Shown here piece after piece: positions 29,054-37,519 of a DNA stretch of 64,000 nt. A program made the position numbers and the translations under genes. The DNA lies in contig JBBRRY010000001.1 in the NCBI GenBank assembly GCA_038245905.1, positions 160,001-224,000 on the forward strand, written 5' to 3'. Source of the stretch: Thermoanaerobaculia bacterium. GTDB lineage: Bacteria > Acidobacteriota > Thermoanaerobaculia > UBA5066. Under the pieces are notes generated by a model. It saw nothing but the letters and a program-made list of their open reading frames with translations. It had not been told where the DNA came from and searched no databases. Within the stretch, counting starts at the first letter, position 1. Each line of letters opens with the position of its first letter.

Positions 29054-29959
29054 GTGAAGCGCTCCACCGTCGCTTGGATCGTCGCGGCCGTCGGTTTCGC
29101 GTTCCTGCTCCTGCTCGTCTCGGCGGTGGCTCTTGTGTTTTCACCGCGTGGCGGCCCACCGTCCTTCGCCCTCTCCGGGCGCGTGGGGGTCGTCGATATC
29201 GAGGGAATCATCCTGTCCGCCGATCGCTTTCGCGAAACGCTCGCCAAGTTCAAGTCCGCGCCCGGCGTCAAGGCCGTGGTCGTGCGCATCAACTCGCCTG
29301 GCGGCGGCGTGGCCGCGTCCCAGGAGCTCTTCAGCGAGATCCGCCGCTTCCGGAAGGAGACCGGCAAGCCGGTCGTCGTCTCGATGGAATCGGTCGCGGC
29401 GTCCGGCGGTTACTACGCCGCCGTGGCGGCCGACCGAATCGTCGCGAACCCCGGCACGATCACCGGGTCGATCGGCGTGATCATGCAATGGATGAACTAC
29501 GGGGACCTCCTCGAATGGGCGAAAGTGCGTACGGTGACGCTCAAGAGCGGCGCGCTGAAGGACGCGGGCAATCCGTCCCGGCCCCTCACAGACGAGGAAC
29601 GGAAGTATTTCGAAGACCTCATCCAGGCGCTGCGCCTGCAGTTCCAGGCGGCCGTGGCTGAAGGCCGCAAAGGACGACTGAAGCCCGAGGCGCTCGCCCA
29701 CATGTCGGATGGGCGCGTCGTAACAGGAGAAGAGGCGGTCGCGTTGGGACTCGTCGACGAGATCGGCGACTACCGCGATGCGGTCGACCGCGCCGCGCGC
29801 CTCGCAAACCTCGCGGTGCCCGCGGAGGTCTGGCATCCGCGGCCCACGAGACCAGGACTCATCGAGCTCTTGACGGGACCTTCGGAATCGACGTGGACGG
29901 GGCGCCTACTTTCGGGCGCACCGGTGGGGGGCGGATGGAACGTCTTCTTTCTGTGGTAG
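29054..29959 (+). CDS. sppA: signal peptide peptidase SppA (S49)
   Basis: RINSPGG, AASGGYY, TGSIGV. Confidence 0.94.
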   Translation: MKRSTVAWIVAAVGFAFLLLLVSAVALVFSPRGGPPSFALSGRVGVVDIEGIILSADRFRETLAKFKSAPGVKAVVVRINSPGGGVAASQELFSEIRRFRKETGKPVVVSMESVAASGGYYAAVAADRIVANPGTITGSIGVIMQWMNYGDLLEWAKVRTVTLKSGALKDAGNPSRPLTDEERKYFEDLIQALRLQFQAAVAEGRKGRLKPEALAHMSDGRVVTGEEAVALGLVDEIGDYRDAVDRAARLANLAVPAEVWHPRPTRPGLIELLTGPSESTWTGRLLSGAPVGGGWNVFFLW

Positions 29960-30330
29960 GCCGCGCGGAAGGCACGACGACGAAGGCGGACCTCGTCGAA
30001 CAGGTCGCCCACGCCACCGATCTGACAAAAAAGCAGGCGGAGATCATCGTCGACTCGGTGTTCGACGGCATCATCGCCTCGCTCCGGTCGGGCGAGAAGA
30101 TCGAGCTCCGGGGATTCGGCAGCTTCCGGCTGCGCCAGAGGGGCGCGCGCATCGCGCGAAACCCCAAACGCAGCGGCGTGAAGGTCATGGTGCCCCCGAA
30201 GCGAGTGCCGTACTTCAAGCCGGGCAAGAAGCTGAAAGAGCTGATCAATCAGACGACACCCGAGGCGCCCGCTTCGTCCGCCGCACCCGGTGTGCCGGGA
30301 ACACGGACTCCGGGAGCCGGCCCGGGCTGA
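29953..30330 (+). CDS. ihfB: integration host factor beta / HU family protein (start GTG 29953 or ACG 29977)
   Basis: TKADLV, IELRGFGSF, ARNPK, PYFKPGK. Confidence 0.88.
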   Translation: MVGRAEGTTTKADLVEQVAHATDLTKKQAEIIVDSVFDGIIASLRSGEKIELRGFGSFRLRQRGARIARNPKRSGVKVMVPPKRVPYFKPGKKLKELINQTTPEAPASSAAPGVPGTRTPGAGPG

Positions 30331-30818
30331 TGGAGGCGCTTTTCACGCCGTGGCGCGCGGCGTACCTTACGGGTGACGGGGAGCCCGTGACCGGGTGCCT
30401 GTTCTGCGTCCTTCCGGGCCGAACAGACGAGGACGGCCTCATCGTTCACCGGGGCCAGGCGGTGTACGCCGCTCTGAACCGGTACCCGTACACAAACGGG
30501 CACCTGATGCTCGCACCCTTCGCGCACCGCGCGTCGCTATCGGCGATGACCTCGAAAGAGCGTCACGAGCTCGTGGATCTCGCCGCGGCCGCCGAGGAGA
30601 TCCTCGCCGAGGCGTACCGTCCGGACGGCTTCAACGAGGGAATCAATATCGGCCGCAGCGCGGGCGCGGGAGTCGCGGACCACGCGCATTTGCACGTCGT
30701 CCCTCGCTGGGACGGCGACACCAACTTCCTGACGGTCCTCGGCGCCACGCGCACGATTCCCGAGGAGCTCGGGGCGACTCGAACGAAGCTCGCTGCCGCG
30801 TTCGCCCGCCGCCCGTGA
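30330..30818 (+). CDS. HIT family hydrolase
   Basis: PWR..Y, CLFC, NRYPYTNGH, HAHLHVVPRW. Confidence 0.93.
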   Translation: MEALFTPWRAAYLTGDGEPVTGCLFCVLPGRTDEDGLIVHRGQAVYAALNRYPYTNGHLMLAPFAHRASLSAMTSKERHELVDLAAAAEEILAEAYRPDGFNEGINIGRSAGAGVADHAHLHVVPRWDGDTNFLTVLGATRTIPEELGATRTKLAAAFARRP

Positions 30819-31084
30819 AGCGCCCGGATGGAGAGATCGTCCTCCTGGTGCTCGCGTCGGCCGTCCTTCCGGGACTCGGCCACGCCCTTCTCGGCCGGAG
30901 AGCCAGGGGCAGCGCCTTTTTCGCCGTCGTCCTCGCGACCCTCTTCGTGGGACTCCTCCTCGAGCCCCGGAATCCGACCGCGGCCACGTACGAGTACGGT
31001 CGCACGTATCTTCTCGTCGCCGCGATCATGCAGCTCCTCCTCGTCCTCGACGTGCTGGAGCGCGCATCCGGGAGGCGCGGATGA
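30815..31084 (+). CDS. small membrane protein (DUF6677-like)
   Basis: LPGLGH..LGR, YEYG; three hydrophobic segments; coupled overlaps. Confidence 0.65.
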   Translation: MKRPDGEIVLLVLASAVLPGLGHALLGRRARGSAFFAVVLATLFVGLLLEPRNPTAATYEYGRTYLLVAAIMQLLLVLDVLERASGRRG

Positions 31085-31263
31085 GTCTCGCCTCCGACCA
31101 TTTTCCGCTTCTCGTCCTCCTCGCGGCGCTCATGGCCTCGTTCGCGGCGCTGCTCTGGAAGGATGACCCGAATGACGTGCGCCGCTTCTTCCTGAAGGCG
31201 CTTCTCGGTCTGGTGGGCTCGGCGGTCGCTCTCGGATTCCTCTTTCAGGCGGTGTCACGTTGA
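31081..31263 (+). CDS. small two-helix membrane protein
   Basis: 60 aa, two hydrophobic segments, overlaps at both ends. Confidence 0.65.
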   Translation: MSLASDHFPLLVLLAALMASFAALLWKDDPNDVRRFFLKALLGLVGSAVALGFLFQAVSR

Positions 31264-32429
31264 AGCTCCTCGTCGTGGCCGGAGAGGTCTCCGGCGACCA
31301 GCACGCGAGCGCGCTCCTCGCCGCCCTCAGGGACCGAGTGCCGTCTCTCGTTGTATTTGGAGTCGGAGGCGAAAACTGCCGGGGACAGGGCATGCGCCTC
31401 GTCGCGCACCAGAAGGACCTCGCCGTCGTCGGCCTCGTCGAGGCGCTTTCGAAGCTGCGCTTCGCGCGAAGGCTCATCCGGACGCTCGTCAAGGAAGCCG
31501 TTGCGGAGAAGGCCGACGTCGCGGTTCTCGTCGATTCCCCGGACTTCAATCTCCCGCTCGCTCGTCGGTTGACGAAGGCAGGAATCCCGGTCGTCTTCTA
31601 TGTGTCGCCCCAGGTGTGGGCGTGGCGGAGCTCCCGCGCCACGACGATCGCCCGCCTCGGCCGCGCGGTCCTCGTCCTGTTTCGCTTCGAAAAGCGGTGG
31701 TGGGACGCCCGCGGGCTTGGCGAACGGGTCACCTGGGTGGGCCACCCGCTCGTGGATCGGGCGGCCTTGGAGCTTGCCATCCCGGCGGCGCCGCCGGTCT
31801 CGGGGCCTTCAGCGGCGCCGCGGCGTATCGTCCTGATGCCCGGCTCGCGCACGGGGGAGATCCGGCGCAACCTGCCCGTCCTGCAGGGCGCGGTGAGAAT
31901 TCTCAGGCAGAGTCATCCAAACCTCGAGGTTGTCCTCGTGCAGGCCGACTCGATTCCGGCAGACCTCTTGAAGGATGTGGCCGGCTCGGACTTTGCCTCG
32001 TGGAAAATCGCGAAGGGCCCGCACCTCGCGCTGCTCGCTGCGGCGGACGTCGTTCTGGTGGCGTCCGGGACCGCGACCGTGGAGGGACTTCTCGCGCGCG
32101 CTCCCATGGTCGTCGTCTACCGCGTGCACCCCCTGACATTCTGGCTCGCGCGCCGGATCGTGAAGGTCCCGTTCGTGGCGATGGCGAATCTCGTGAGTGA
32201 CGACCGCTCGGGGATCGGAGCGGTGCCGGAGCTGCTACAGGGTGACGCTACCCCCGAGCGAATCGCGTTCGAAGCCGCCCGGTTTCTGGACGATCCCGGC
32301 CTCTCCGCACGGACACGCGCGCGCCTGGCGCGCGGTCTGGAGGAACTGGGGCCTCCCGGGGCGCCGGGCCGGACGGCCGATGCGGTTCTCGCCGCACTCC
32401 GGCCGGCCGGCACGGGGAGTCTCGCGTGA
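31260..32429 (+). CDS. lpxB: lipid-A-disaccharide synthase
   Basis: AGEVSGD, DSPDFN, SPQVWAWR, VGHPL, PGSR, SGTAT. Confidence 0.96.
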   Translation: MKLLVVAGEVSGDQHASALLAALRDRVPSLVVFGVGGENCRGQGMRLVAHQKDLAVVGLVEALSKLRFARRLIRTLVKEAVAEKADVAVLVDSPDFNLPLARRLTKAGIPVVFYVSPQVWAWRSSRATTIARLGRAVLVLFRFEKRWWDARGLGERVTWVGHPLVDRAALELAIPAAPPVSGPSAAPRRIVLMPGSRTGEIRRNLPVLQGAVRILRQSHPNLEVVLVQADSIPADLLKDVAGSDFASWKIAKGPHLALLAAADVVLVASGTATVEGLLARAPMVVVYRVHPLTFWLARRIVKVPFVAMANLVSDDRSGIGAVPELLQGDATPERIAFEAARFLDDPGLSARTRARLARGLEELGPPGAPGRTADAVLAALRPAGTGSLA

Positions 32430-34342
32430 AGGATTTCCGGCGGCTCCTCGTGCTTTTCCGCCCGCACGGCGCCGCAGCGTTGGCGGCGGTGCTCGCGATG
32501 GTCGGCGTCGCCGTCTTCACGGGCCTCGTGACGTATCTTTTCGGCCCGCTGTTCGATCAGGTCCTCACCCCGGAGGCACGTACCGCCGTGATGGTCCACG
32601 CTGGCGAAACGCCCGGCCTCGGATCCGTCGTGGGCGAGAAGTCCGTCGTGCGGCGCACCGCGATCGCCAAAGGCTTCGATGCCGGTCTCGCGTCGTTCAC
32701 CTCCTTTCTCGAGTCTTTTCTCGGCGTCAAGCCGGGGGCGCGCGTCTTCGTCCTGCCGCTCCTTCTTTTCGCCGCTTTCGTCCTCAAGAACCTCTGCGCA
32801 TTTGTCGCAGAGTACCGGTTCAACGCCGTCGGGCTCGCGTTCGTCCGGGACCTTCGGAAGACCCTCTACGAGAAAATCCTCGGCCAATCAGGGGCGTTCC
32901 TCGCCCAGAACCCTTCCGGGGACCTCATCGCACGCGTCACCGGCGACGTCGACCGCATCCAGAGCCTCTTCGGAACCGATCTCGCGGACCTCGTCCAGTC
33001 CCTCGCGACCCTCGCGGTTCTCGTCGTCGTCGTCGTCTCGCTCTCGCCGCAGCTGACGCTCGTCGCGCTCCTCATCACCCCCGCCATCGTCGTCCCGGTG
33101 ATCCTCATCGCGAAGCGGCTGCGCGTCCTCTCGCGCGCAGCGCGCGAACGGATGGGCGACCTCACGGGCGTCCTGTCGGAGACGATCCGCGGGGCGCGCG
33201 TCGTCCAAGCGTATGGAGCCGAAAAGTGGGAAAGCGAGCGCTTCTCGGACGTGAACGACCGGACGTTCCGTCTTGCGCGCAAGGGGGCACGCGTCATGGC
33301 GTTTGCCTCGCCTCTCGTCGAAACGGCCTCCGTCCTCGCGTTCCTGCTTCTCCTCGCATATGCGACGACGCGCATCGCGGCCGGGAAAATGACGCTCGGC
33401 ACGTTCATCTCCTACGGCGTCGGCCTCGCGATGATGTATCAGCCCTTCAAGCGGGCGACCCGGACGAACCTGGCTCTCCAGCAGGCGCTTGCATCCGCCC
33501 GCCGCCTCTTCGAGGTTCTCGACGCTCCGAACGACGTCGCGGACGCGCCCGGAGCGCGGCCGCTCGCGCCATTTGGACGGGAGATTCGTTTCGAGAACGT
33601 GTCGTTCTCTTATGGAGGCGATATCCGCGTCCTCGCGGACGTCGATCTCGTCCTCCCGCACGGTTCGGTCACGGCGCTGGTCGGGCCGTCCGGCGGCGGC
33701 AAGTCGACGCTCGTGAGCCTCCTGCCGCGCTTCATGGACCCCACGGCAGGCCGCGTGCTCGTGGACGGGACCGACGTGAGAGGGGCGACGCTCGCGTCGC
33801 TGCGCGCCCAGATCGGCCTCGTGACGCAGGAGACGATCCTCTTCGACGAGAGCATCCGGCGAAACGTGGCTTACGGGCGTCCCGACGCCTCGGACGGCGA
33901 CGTCTGCGCAGCCCTCGCGGCGGCGAACGCGCTCGCCTTCGTGGACGCGCTTCCCGCCGGGATCGACACGCGGGTGGGCGAGGCCGGCGCCCGCCTTTCG
34001 GGCGGACAGCGTCAGCGGCTCGCGATCGCGCGCGCACTCCTGAAGAACGCCCCGATCCTCGTCCTCGACGAGGCGACGTCGGCGCTCGACGCCGAAAGCG
34101 AGCGGGCCGTCCAGGAGGCCCTCGAGCGGCTGATGGCGGGACGAACCGTCCTCGTCATCGCGCACCGGCTTTCTACCGTTCGAAGAGCCGACCAGCTCGT
34201 CGTCCTCGACGCCGGGCGGATCGTGGAGCGCGGGAGGCACGCGGAGCTGCTCGCGGCCGAGGGGATGTATCGTCGCCTTCACGACCTGCAGGTTTTCGAA
34301 GCGTCGGGCAGCGCGCCGGGGGCGGGGAGCAACGCACCATGA
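32426..34342 (+). CDS. msbA: lipid A export ABC transporter (MsbA-like)
   Basis: TM domain plus GPSGGGKST, LSGGQRQR, LDEATSALD; next to lpxB. Confidence 0.85.
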   Translation: MKDFRRLLVLFRPHGAAALAAVLAMVGVAVFTGLVTYLFGPLFDQVLTPEARTAVMVHAGETPGLGSVVGEKSVVRRTAIAKGFDAGLASFTSFLESFLGVKPGARVFVLPLLLFAAFVLKNLCAFVAEYRFNAVGLAFVRDLRKTLYEKILGQSGAFLAQNPSGDLIARVTGDVDRIQSLFGTDLADLVQSLATLAVLVVVVVSLSPQLTLVALLITPAIVVPVILIAKRLRVLSRAARERMGDLTGVLSETIRGARVVQAYGAEKWESERFSDVNDRTFRLARKGARVMAFASPLVETASVLAFLLLLAYATTRIAAGKMTLGTFISYGVGLAMMYQPFKRATRTNLALQQALASARRLFEVLDAPNDVADAPGARPLAPFGREIRFENVSFSYGGDIRVLADVDLVLPHGSVTALVGPSGGGKSTLVSLLPRFMDPTAGRVLVDGTDVRGATLASLRAQIGLVTQETILFDESIRRNVAYGRPDASDGDVCAALAAANALAFVDALPAGIDTRVGEAGARLSGGQRQRLAIARALLKNAPILVLDEATSALDAESERAVQEALERLMAGRTVLVIAHRLSTVRRADQLVVLDAGRIVERGRHAELLAAEGMYRRLHDLQVFEASGSAPGAGSNAP

Positions 34343-35229
34343 AATCCATGACCGGATTCGGCCGCGCGGCGGGAACGCTTCCCGACGGGACGGAGGTCTC
34401 AGTCGTCATCCGAGGCGTAAACCACCGTTTTCTCGATCTCTCGATCAAGCTGCGAGACGAGTACACCTCCGCCGAGCCGGCGATCCGGAAGGCTGTCGGT
34501 GCCATCACGGCCCGCGGTCACATCGACGTCATGATCCGGACGACGCGGCCTCCGGGCGTCGCGGGCGCGGCGCCCGCGGCGCGTCTCGACATGGACGCGG
34601 CGGAGCGTTATGCGAGGTTCTGGAAGGAAGATGCTTCGAAAAGGGGTTTGCCGGCGGATCTCTCACCGAGAGACCTTCTCGCGCTGCCCGGCGTCGTGCG
34701 CTCGGACGATGCGGCGGCCGAGCCGGATTCCTCCTTCGAAGAATCTCTCGTTTCCGTGGTCGAAAAGGCTCTTCGCGATTTCGACGGGACCCGCTCACGG
34801 GAAGGCGCGTCTCTTTCTCTTACCTTCAAAGAGATTCTTGGACGAATCGAATCTGGCGTGGCGCTCCTCGACGCAGCACGGGCGGGGATCTGCGAGCGCA
34901 TCGCGGCGACCCTTCGCGAGCGCATCGCGAAGCTTGCCGCGGGCGTGGCGCTCGACGAGTCCCGGCTCGTCCAGGAGGTGGCCCTTCTCGCCGACCGCGC
35001 CGACATCACGGAGGAGATCGACCGCCTCAAGACCCACCTCGTCGAGCTGCGGCGTCTTCTCGCCGCGGGGGGGGCCGTCGGCCGCCGCCTCGACCATCTC
35101 GTGCAGGAGATTCACCGCGAGGTGAACACCTCCGGATCCAAGGTACGGGAGACGGGCGCCACGCGGCTCGTCCTCGACCTCAAGACCGATCTCGAAGCCT
35201 TCAAGGAACAGGTCCAGAACGTCGAATGA
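34339..35229 (+). CDS. yicC: YicC/YloC family endoribonuclease
   Basis: MKSMTGFG, NHRFLD, DITEEIDRL, REVNT, EQVQNVE. Confidence 0.95.
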   Translation: MKSMTGFGRAAGTLPDGTEVSVVIRGVNHRFLDLSIKLRDEYTSAEPAIRKAVGAITARGHIDVMIRTTRPPGVAGAAPAARLDMDAAERYARFWKEDASKRGLPADLSPRDLLALPGVVRSDDAAAEPDSSFEESLVSVVEKALRDFDGTRSREGASLSLTFKEILGRIESGVALLDAARAGICERIAATLRERIAKLAAGVALDESRLVQEVALLADRADITEEIDRLKTHLVELRRLLAAGGAVGRRLDHLVQEIHREVNTSGSKVRETGATRLVLDLKTDLEAFKEQVQNVE

Positions 35230-35239
35230 GAGGATTGCA

Positions 35240-35863
35240 ATGAGCCGAGGCGACCTCTTCATCGTTTCCTCGCCTTCGGGGGCGGGAAAGACGACCTTGA
35301 TCCACCGCGTTCTCCAGGACCCGCGGATCGGGGGCTCCCTCTACTTCTCGGTTTCTCACACGACGCGGCTTCCGCGGGCCGGAGAGCGCACGGGAGTGGA
35401 ATACCACTTCGTCGACGAGAATGCGTTCCGCGCGATCGAGGCACGCGGCGGGTTTCTGGAGTGGGCGGCCGTCCACGGCAACCTCTACGGCACCTCCCGC
35501 GAAGAGGTCGAGCCGCGCCTCGAGAGCGGAATCGACGTCCTGCTCGACATCGACGTCCAGGGAGCGCGCCAGGTGCGTTCTCACGTGCCGGATGCCGTCA
35601 AGGTGATCGTCTTCCCGCCGTCGCGCGAGGTCCTCGAGAAACGGCTCAAGGCTCGGGGGTCCGACGCCCCGGACGTCGTTCTCCGCCGGCTCGCCGCGGC
35701 CCGGAAAGAGATGGAGGAATGGGGCGAATTCGACTATGCGATAATCAACGAGGATCTGGAGGCTGCGGTGGACGAGCTTCGCTCGATCCTCGTGGCGCGG
35801 CGGGCGGGCAAGGGCCGCCGGCGCGAACGCCTCGAATCGATCCTCAGAACATTCGCGCCCTGA
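35240..35863 (+). CDS. gmk: guanylate kinase
   Basis: SPSGAGKTT, SHTTR, NLYGT, DIDVQG. Confidence 0.97.
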   Translation: MSRGDLFIVSSPSGAGKTTLIHRVLQDPRIGGSLYFSVSHTTRLPRAGERTGVEYHFVDENAFRAIEARGGFLEWAAVHGNLYGTSREEVEPRLESGIDVLLDIDVQGARQVRSHVPDAVKVIVFPPSREVLEKRLKARGSDAPDVVLRRLAAARKEMEEWGEFDYAIINEDLEAAVDELRSILVARRAGKGRRRERLESILRTFAP

Positions 35864-35887
35864 ATTTTCACGGAGGACAACCTCTTC

Positions 35888-36118
35888 ATGTCGCAGCTAC
35901 CTCCTAACGTCGAGTCGAAGTTTCGCCTCGTTCACATCGCCGCCCGCCGGGCCGAGCAGCTCGTTCAGGGCGCGCGTCCCAAGATCGACAGCAAACATGC
36001 GAAGGTCACGCGCGTCGCGCTCGAAGAGGTGAACCTCGACCTCGTGCGCTGGCAGCTTTCGTCCCCAGAACCGGCCGCCGAAGAGATCCCGGCCGTCGAC
36101 CTGCTCCCGACCGAGTGA
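35888..36118 (+). CDS. rpoZ: RNA polymerase omega subunit
   Basis: SKFRLVHIAARRAEQL, VALEEV; follows gmk. Confidence 0.93.
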   Translation: MSQLPPNVESKFRLVHIAARRAEQLVQGARPKIDSKHAKVTRVALEEVNLDLVRWQLSSPEPAAEEIPAVDLLPTE

Positions 36119-36125
36119 TCTTCGG

Positions 36126-36863
36126 GTGACCCCCGCGCGGCCCCCCGGCTCCGACGCGCTCCGGGAAACCCTCGCCTACTATCTCGACCTCGGCGTGGCG
36201 GAGCTGTACCTCGACGCAGGGTCCGAAGAGCACCGGGAGGAAGAGATTCCTTTGGTAGTGAATAGCGGAGGGGAGGAAGCCGCAGCGCTCCTGGGGCCCC
36301 TCGCTCTTGAAGTCTCCACCTGCGTCACGTGCCGGCTGTGCAAAACCCGCAAGCAGACCGTGTTCGCCGATGGTTCGCCCGCCGCCCGGATCATGTTCAT
36401 CGGCGAGGCGCCGGGGGCCGACGAGGACGCGCAAGGCGTGCCGTTCGTGGGGCGCGCGGGCCAGCTTCTCACGCGGATGATCGAGGACGGCATGGGGCTG
36501 CCTCGCTCGTCCGTCTACATCGCGAACGTCCTGAAGTGCCGTCCGCCCGAGAACCGGAACCCGGAGCCCGACGAGATCGCCGCATGCCGCGGCTACCTCG
36601 AGCGACAGATCGACCTCGTGAAGCCAGAGGTGCTCGTCGCCCTCGGCAAGTTCGCCGCGCACTTCCTGCTGGAAACCGAGGAGGGCATCACGCGCCTTCG
36701 CGGTAAGTGGGGGAGCTATCGCGGCATTCCGGTGATGCCAACTCTCCATCCGTCCTACCTCCTCCGCCAACCGGCCCAGAAGAAGGAGTCGTGGGAGGAT
36801 CTGCTTGCGGTGCTCGCAAGGCTCGGGATCGACGCACCTGCACGCAGGGAGAAGCAGCCGTGA
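36126..36863 (+). CDS. uracil-DNA glycosylase family 4
   Basis: CVTCRLC, GEAPG, PFVGRAG, KCRPP, HPSY. Confidence 0.95.
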   Translation: MTPARPPGSDALRETLAYYLDLGVAELYLDAGSEEHREEEIPLVVNSGGEEAAALLGPLALEVSTCVTCRLCKTRKQTVFADGSPAARIMFIGEAPGADEDAQGVPFVGRAGQLLTRMIEDGMGLPRSSVYIANVLKCRPPENRNPEPDEIAACRGYLERQIDLVKPEVLVALGKFAAHFLLETEEGITRLRGKWGSYRGIPVMPTLHPSYLLRQPAQKKESWEDLLAVLARLGIDAPARREKQP

Positions 36864-37519
36864 CCGCTCGCATTCGCTACGTCCTCTTCGTCCTCGCCGT
36901 CGCCGTCGCGACCGCCTCCGCCGCCTTCTTCCTGACGAGGCGGGTCCCGAAGCCCGTGAAGCCCCTCGCGAAGGCGCCGAATGCCGAAGAGCGTGGCCTC
37001 GACGCGTCGGGCCGGACGAAGGCCGAACGGCTCGCCATCGAACAGTCGCTCGAGACCTTCAAGAAAGACGGGCTCCTCGTGAGGGCGGCCGAGGACGCCG
37101 ATTCGGCGGGATCGGACGAACACCGCGATCTCGAGGAGGTCTACGGGGGTTATCACCCGTTCTTCGTCCGCGGAGATCTCGACGGCGATGGCCGGCTGGA
37201 CTTCGCGCAGGCGTTCGTCGAAAAGGGATCCGGCGGCCCCTGGTTCCACGTGGCAGTCTTCTTCGGCGCGGGGAACGGCACGTTCCAGCAGCCGATCTGG
37301 GCCGAGCGCGCGATCTCGCTCAGTGCCGGCGACCTCACGATCGAGCGCTCACTCCTGATCGTCACGCCCGACCTCGGGCTGGATTCGACGCGCCGCTGGC
37401 GCTGGGAGCGAGGGGAAAAGCGATTCGTCGACGCCGACGAAGCGTCCCGGCGGAGCGGCGCGACGGAGGACGACGTGCCCGACGAAACTCCCGAACAGAA
37501 GCCGAGGGCGCGCGTCTGA
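36860..37519 (+). CDS. hypothetical membrane-anchored protein with FG-GAP-like motif
   Basis: N-terminal TM segment; GDLDGDGRLD; GTGA overlap. Confidence 0.7.
   Translation: MTARIRYVLFVLAVAVATASAAFFLTRRVPKPVKPLAKAPNAEERGLDASGRTKAERLAIEQSLETFKKDGLLVRAAEDADSAGSDEHRDLEEVYGGYHPFFVRGDLDGDGRLDFAQAFVEKGSGGPWFHVAVFFGAGNGTFQQPIWAERAISLSAGDLTIERSLLIVTPDLGLDSTRRWRWERGEKRFVDADEASRRSGATEDDVPDETPEQKPRARV

Noticed and set aside
32197-34338. Long N-terminal extensions in the ORF track (yicC, priA, ahcY, S53 peptidase, lptC-like)
   Set aside because: They are open frames overlapping upstream genes; true starts are at the coupled codons listed.
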